In this document: one piece after another, positions 59,397-64,000 of the stretch
Layout of the letters: every line of letters starts with the position of its first letter
Position numbering within the stretch: the first letter of the stretch is position 1
Program-made: the position numbers and the translations under genes
Origin: Ignavibacteriales bacterium
GTDB lineage: Bacteria; Bacteroidota; Ignavibacteria; UBA10030; SZUA-254
Reading direction: 5' to 3'
DNA: 64,000 nt
Assembly: GCA_016218025.1 (NCBI GenBank)
Contig: JACRFD010000077.1
Span: 797 to 64,796 of the forward strand
The notes under the pieces: model-generated
What the model saw: only the letters and a program-made list of their open reading frames with translations
What the model was told of the DNA's origin: nothing
Databases searched by the model: none

Positions 59397-60050
59397 ATGA
59401 TAAAAAAGAAAATAGAGAAAACGCCCATTGTACCGGAGAGTCGGACAAGAAAACTTCTACCTTTACTAATCCTTTTGGTAATTGTGATAGGATTTCTCGG
59501 GTACGCTGGAGTGACGCTCGTGAATAGTCTGAAAGCGCCCGACCACGTACATTCAAGAGACGACAATCCAGACCAGATGAAGCAAGCAAACCAGACCGAA
59601 ATCATGAGGTTGCAAAAGTTAATTGAGAATGAACCGAACAATGTACCTGCTTTGACACAACTCGGGGATTTGTATCTTCAACAGGAAGAATATAATGCCG
59701 CAGTAAAATGGTTTAATCGAGCGCATACTGTTGATGGAAACAATGTACGTGTCTTGACTGGATTGGGTAATGCTTACCGTCTGTCGGAAAAACCGGATGA
59801 AGGTTTAGCCCTACTACGTAAATCAATCGCTATTGACTCTTCTTATGCAGAATCATGGTTGCTCCTTGGCGTTGTGTACCGCTTCGATAAGAACAAGCCC
59901 GACAGTGCACAATGGGCGTGGGAGAAATTTCTCAGACTTGAGCCAACAGGTGAGAATGCAGAACGAGTTAAGAAAGAAATACAGACAATAGCTACAGAAA
60001 AACAGAAACGCAGTACCCTTTCACTTCCTTCTGCAGTAAGAAATTATTGA
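59397..60050 (+). CDS. Membrane-anchored TPR-repeat protein
   Basis: One TM helix followed by 3-4 TPR units (ALTQLGDLYLQQEEYNAAVKWFNRA...). Confidence 0.7.
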   Translation: MIKKKIEKTPIVPESRTRKLLPLLILLVIVIGFLGYAGVTLVNSLKAPDHVHSRDDNPDQMKQANQTEIMRLQKLIENEPNNVPALTQLGDLYLQQEEYNAAVKWFNRAHTVDGNNVRVLTGLGNAYRLSEKPDEGLALLRKSIAIDSSYAESWLLLGVVYRFDKNKPDSAQWAWEKFLRLEPTGENAERVKKEIQTIATEKQKRSTLSLPSAVRNY

Positions 60051-60055
60051 CCAGT

Positions 60056-60148
60056 GCTTTAATATCACTGTTCGTTTACCGGAAGGAAAAAGAAATTCCA
60101 TCTGTTTACGGTTGGTTTGAAAAGAAACAAGTAGAGGCAAAAATGTAA
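60056..60148 (+). pseudogene. Scar of a second czcA/cusA-like gene: two short fragments joined by an internal deletion
   Basis: 60056-60101 matches 58122-58167 at 37/46 positions. 60104-60148 matches the last 45 nt of czcA (58895-58939, stop included) at 41/45 positions. Confidence 0.65.
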
Positions 60149-60429
60149 TTAGTCTCTTTAACTCGATTCTTGTATATTAATTAATCACTGATGTTACACA
60201 CAAAAAGCAATTATTACCTTTACCGTTCTCTGCGACCTTTGCGTCTTTGCGGTTTTTCTTTATTTTAAACGGTTTTCATTTAACGGAGAGTCGCCGAGTA
60301 CGCAGAGATAAGCGGAGTTTCTGTAGTAAACTATTACATTGCGTAACGTCAGTCAGTCACAAAACACTTTGTGCAAAAGATACAATGACAAAATATCGGA
60401 CATTTAAACTGTCAAAATAAGGAGAAAGA

Positions 60430-61188
60430 ATGTTATTAAATCGCAGAAATATTTCACTTGTTATTCGTTCACTAATTGTTGTAATGGCAATTGTTGTACT
60501 CAAGTTATTTTTACATCAATATTCCATCGAATTTATTACAATAAATAACCTTTTTTCAGGTATAGTGGCTGCAAATGTATTTTTAATAGGTTTCCTACTA
60601 AGTGGAATATTATCGGACTATAAAGAAAGCGAAAAGATCCCCGGTGAAATTGCGGTTCACATTTCAATTCTATATGATGAAGCAGTAATATTATCGGCTA
60701 ATGATAATGAACTATCAGATATGATCAAGACTCGTATCAAGATCGCCTTGTCGAGCATTCTAGATTGGTTCTATCGAAAAATAAAAACAAATGATATTTT
60801 AGATAAGCTTGAAGAAATTAATTTGTTACTTTCAAAGTACGATGGCAAAGTGCAGGCAAATTATATCATCCGGTTAAAGCAGGAAATCTCAAATTTAAAG
60901 CGCCTCGTGATACGAACTGATACTATACGTGATACAAACTTTATATCATCGGGATATTTGATCGCTACATTTACAACTTTTATCTTGTGTTTTGGTCTAA
61001 TATTTTCAAAACTGGATCCGTTCGTTGAATCAGTTTTTTTTGTCGGCGCAATCAGTTTTTTGATGGTCTTTTTATTGTACTTAATACATGATCTAGATAA
61101 TCCATTCAATTACAATACTAAAACTTCGGTGGAAAATATTTCACTGCATCCGATCAATAGAATATTGAATAGGATCGAGAACAAATGA
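60430..61188 (+). CDS. Four-TM membrane protein (DUF4239- or bestrophin-like; uncertain)
   Basis: Two N-terminal and two C-terminal TM helices flank a helical soluble region. The C-terminal part contains IHDLDNPF. Confidence 0.5.
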   Translation: MLLNRRNISLVIRSLIVVMAIVVLKLFLHQYSIEFITINNLFSGIVAANVFLIGFLLSGILSDYKESEKIPGEIAVHISILYDEAVILSANDNELSDMIKTRIKIALSSILDWFYRKIKTNDILDKLEEINLLLSKYDGKVQANYIIRLKQEISNLKRLVIRTDTIRDTNFISSGYLIATFTTFILCFGLIFSKLDPFVESVFFVGAISFLMVFLLYLIHDLDNPFNYNTKTSVENISLHPINRILNRIENK

Positions 61189-61319
61189 ACGCAGGCAGAG
61201 TGCCATTGAAATATCTCTTTACCTCCCCTATTCGAGCAGTTTGTGCAAATATCTACAGTTGCGGCCAGCCAGATAGTTCGTCAATTGCAGTATTAATCAA
61301 AATTCGTTATCTTTAAATT

Positions 61320-61670
61320 ATGAAGAACATCGACAGAAATATTTCCTTGATTCTGCTTGTTTTGTTTTATGTATTTATTATTTCGGTTGATCGATATTGT
61401 ATTCCCGACGGACATCTGAGGTCTGAAAAAACACGCCACCTTACAACTACTACAAAACAAACTCACCCCTGTCGCTATCGATTACTACTGATACAAGGAA
61501 GGAACGTTTCGTCATCAACGAGAATCAACATCCTTGCTCTTGCTGACGTTTTGGATATACAACTATTTCGTAAACAATTCTCTCAGCTTATTCAATTTTC
61601 TATCCCCGAGTTTTGTCCTACCAGATCATACAACCCTCTTTATCTACCAAGAGGACCTACAACAGCGTAA
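61320..61670 (+). CDS. Doubtful hypothetical ORF with an N-terminal TM helix
   Basis: This is the only ORF in a ~700-nt gap. Composition is atypical for coding sequence. It is loosely similar in layout to the small proteins at 51419 and 52956. Confidence 0.2.
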   Translation: MKNIDRNISLILLVLFYVFIISVDRYCIPDGHLRSEKTRHLTTTTKQTHPCRYRLLLIQGRNVSSSTRINILALADVLDIQLFRKQFSQLIQFSIPEFCPTRSYNPLYLPRGPTTA

Positions 61671-61882
61671 GTTTCTCACAGCACTGTGTTGAAGCGTACC
61701 TTGAAAACATTATTACAACCGCTTCAGCAGTAGATTGCACTATGGTTATGCAGGTTCATCTCAAGGACACGCTTAATTGTTCATTTTGCAGCGACATAAG
61801 ATGAATAATAAATTCTGTAATTCAGATATTATTGTATTTATGTAAATCGTAACAAATAAAATTTTTAAAAGGAAATTAAAGT

Positions 61883-62734
61883 ATGAACATCACTAAAACT
61901 GTATTACTAATGGCAGTACTCACCGTGCTGCTTGTTGTTGTCGGGAATCTTATTGGAGGGCAAGGAGGAATGATGATAGCTTTCCTCGTGGCAATAGTTA
62001 TGAACTTCGGAACGTACTGGTTCAGCGATAAAATTATCCTCCGAATGTACAAAGCACAAGAGCTTACGAAGGATAACGCCCCCGCTCTCTTTCAAATCAC
62101 CGAGGAACTAACCGCACGAGCCGGTATTCCCATGCCGAAACTTTATCGTATTGATGGCGAACAGCCCAATGCGTTTGCTACGGGAAGGGATCCGCAGCAC
62201 GCGGCAGTAGCGGTGACAGAGGGAATCGTACGGCTTCTCTCCAAAGATGAATTACGAGGTGTGATTGCACACGAGTTAGCACACATCAAGCATCGGGACA
62301 TCCTTGTCGGCACGATCGCGGCAACATTTGCCGGTGCCATCAGCATGCTTGCCAGTATGGCGCAATGGGCAATGATCTTTGGTGGCGGAAGGAGTTCAAA
62401 CGATCGAGAAGGCGGCAGTCCAATTGCCGGTATAGTAATGATGATTGTGGCACCATTAGCCGCAATGATGATTCAGATGGCAATCTCCAGATCGCGAGAG
62501 TTTCTTGCAGATGAGGGTGGTGCACAAATGTCCGGAAATCCTCTTTCCCTCGCAAATGCACTGCGCAAGCTTCAATCAAAAGCGGAACAAATTCCGATGG
62601 AAGCTAATCAGGCAACAGCACATATGTTCATCGTTAATCCGTTAAGCGGCGGTGGATTTACCAAACTCTTCAGCACTCACCCTCCAATGGAAGAACGCGT
62701 GAAACGATTGGAGGCGATGGTCTATGGTCAATAG
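61883..62734 (+). CDS. htpX: Zinc metalloprotease HtpX (M48)
   Basis: [10 protein letters not shown]; four TM segments; [11 protein letters not shown]. Confidence 0.9.
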   Translation: MNITKTVLLMAVLTVLLVVVGNLIGGQGGMMIAFLVAIVMNFGTYWFSDKIILRMYKAQELTKDNAPALFQITEELTARAGIPMPKLYRIDGEQPNAFATGRDPQHAAVAVTEGIVRLLSKDELRGVIAHELAHIKHRDILVGTIAATFAGAISMLASMAQWAMIFGGGRSSNDREGGSPIAGIVMMIVAPLAAMMIQMAISRSREFLADEGGAQMSGNPLSLANALRKLQSKAEQIPMEANQATAHMFIVNPLSGGGFTKLFSTHPPMEERVKRLEAMVYGQ

Positions 62735-62855
62735 AATCCAATTTGACGGTGGTGGACAGTAAACTTGGATGTTCAGCCACAGAACAGAATTGCCATTGGC
62801 AAGAAAACTATTGAAAACACTAAAAAATAAATATTATCAAAAAAGGTAACTAACC

Positions 62856-63161
62856 ATGCCAGTAAAACCAAGCGACAAAGAAGAAGAATATTTTAATAAA
62901 CTTGATCTTGAAAGAAGGAAGAAGATTAATGATGAAAAATTGAAGTTGTCAATGGAAGAAGAAAAAATTAAACTCAAAGAACTTCATTACATGCGTTGTC
63001 CCAAATGCGGAATGGAATTAAGAGAAATTAATTATAAAGGAATCAATGTAGATAATTGTGTTTCATGCGACGGTGTATGGTTTGATGCCGGTGAAATTGA
63101 CAATCTCTTAAAACTTGAAAAGCCGGCAATAAACAAATTATTCAGCGTATTCAAAAAATAA
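62856..63161 (+). CDS. TFIIB-type zinc-ribbon domain protein
   Basis: MRCPKCG...NVDNCVSCDGVWFDAGEID. Confidence 0.7.
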   Translation: MPVKPSDKEEEYFNKLDLERRKKINDEKLKLSMEEEKIKLKELHYMRCPKCGMELREINYKGINVDNCVSCDGVWFDAGEIDNLLKLEKPAINKLFSVFKK

Positions 63162-63176
63162 TCTGATAATGATTCT

Positions 63177-63680
63177 ATGAATCGACTCGTTTCAGTTTCA
63201 AGGGCTGAGAACATTTTCCCAATTTACAAGGATACACCCATCGGTCGGATGTTGAAGTATCATAACCTCGCCCTTCCATTTGAGTCATACTCAAAAGCTG
63301 AGTTGCTTATTGGAATGTGTATGGACAACCGCAAATACTTAAACATTCCCGATAACTTCGCCTTCATCATCCGAACTGGGGGTGCTAACCTAAGACATAG
63401 CGAATTTAAAGTCTCGTATGCAATTGCTGTTGGTGGTGTATCCGCCATTGCCTTAATAGGTCACACACAATGTGGCATGGTAAATCTCGTTTTACGAAAA
63501 GAACAATTCGTTCGAGGTTTAATGGATCGTGCAGGCTGGCAACGAGACTTGGCAGAAGAACATTTTCATCATTTTGCACCTATGTTCGAGATCGGAAATG
63601 AAATCGATTTTGTTTTAAACGAAACGTCTTCGATTGAGATATCCCAAGATTCAAGTTGCTCCAATGCTATATCGTGTTGA
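63177..63680 (+). CDS. Beta-carbonic-anhydrase-like protein; its C-terminus appears to continue in another frame to 63714
   Basis: CMDNR (C.D.R) and GHTQCG (H..CG) zinc-ligand motifs. See the frameshift finding. Confidence 0.6.
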   Translation: MNRLVSVSRAENIFPIYKDTPIGRMLKYHNLALPFESYSKAELLIGMCMDNRKYLNIPDNFAFIIRTGGANLRHSEFKVSYAIAVGGVSAIALIGHTQCGMVNLVLRKEQFVRGLMDRAGWQRDLAEEHFHHFAPMFEIGNEIDFVLNETSSIEISQDSSCSNAISC

Positions 63681-63737
63681 AGATAATTTATTGTATTTGT
63701 CGGATGAAGCGTGACTAAATTGGATCGGTGTTGATAT

Positions 63738-63971
63738 ATGAATCCCATATTGCTCGAATCGCTCAGGCAGACAAAGAGATTCATCATAATTGTAATAGGT
63801 TTTACAATTCTTTTGATTGGAATAGCAATGGTCGTGTTGCCGGGACCTGCGGTCATCGTCATTCCGCTTGGTTTGAGTATTCTTGCAACAGAATTAGTTT
63901 GGGCAAGAAATATACTGAATAAGATCAAAAATAAATTTCAAAAACAGGAAAACAAGAAAGAAAAAATATGA
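63738..63971 (+). CDS. PGPGW-domain small membrane protein
   Basis: VVLPGPAVIVIPLGLSILATELVWAR matches the PGPGW pattern. Confidence 0.65.
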   Translation: MNPILLESLRQTKRFIIIVIGFTILLIGIAMVVLPGPAVIVIPLGLSILATELVWARNILNKIKNKFQKQENKKEKI

Positions 63972-64000
63972 TAGACCAAATTCTTCCATGGATACTCTTC
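63968..64000 (+). CDS. Start of an unidentified ORF running off the window
   Basis: ATG overlaps the previous stop in a shared ATGA. Only 11 codons are visible (MIDQILPWILF). Confidence 0.25.
   Translation, partial: MIDQILPWILF

Noticed and set aside
59210-59641. 143-aa minus-strand ORF spanning the PII and TPR genes
   Set aside because: It crosses an intergenic spacer and overlaps two sense genes that have recognisable domains.
1-64000. Scan for CRISPR arrays, rRNA genes, integrases/transposases, reverse transcriptases or phage structural genes
   Set aside because: I saw no regularly spaced direct repeats. None of the ORFs of 60 aa or more carry the corresponding motifs.

Overview
AT-rich chromosomal window from what looks like a member of the Fibrobacteres-Chlorobi-Bacteroidetes group, possibly Ignavibacteria-like. 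That guess is an inference from three proteins carrying T9SS (Por) C-terminal sorting tails, Bacteroidetes-type -33/-7 promoter motifs and a split transketolase. Most of the window is housekeeping: purB, hisS, lgt, rlmB, pckA, coaD, rsmD, dnaJ, grpE, plsY, larB, a ptsN-like gene, htpX and pepP. The accessory blocks are as follows. (1) Two very large T9SS cargo proteins sit at the left edge, one of them an S8 protease. (2) A three-gene PAS-rich phosphorelay spans 7.9-16.6 kb. (3) A lat plus aldehyde dehydrogenase pair is followed by a hicBA module. (4) A two-gene cassette (SDH-family Clp-fold serine protease plus a 71-aa protein) is bracketed by a 42-nt duplication of the pckA/coaD terminator. 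(5) A rearranged tRNA-Ala locus carries a small GIY-YIG nuclease gene between a good tRNA copy and a disrupted one, followed by further tRNA fragments and GC-rich hairpins. (6) REP-like palindromes occur twice, one of them next to a duplicated gene 3' end. (7) A ~390-nt highly structured intergenic region has no class I can assign. (8) A CzcCBA/CusCBA-type RND metal-efflux island has Cys/His/Met-rich accessory genes, a PII-like gene and a short scar of a second czcA copy. I saw no rRNA, CRISPR array, integrase or transposase. The candidates I rate highest for something undescribed are the terminator-bracketed protease cassette (34.2-35.6 kb) and the GIY-YIG/tRNA-Ala locus (40.5-41.2 kb). All functional calls come from reading motifs by eye; no database search was run.
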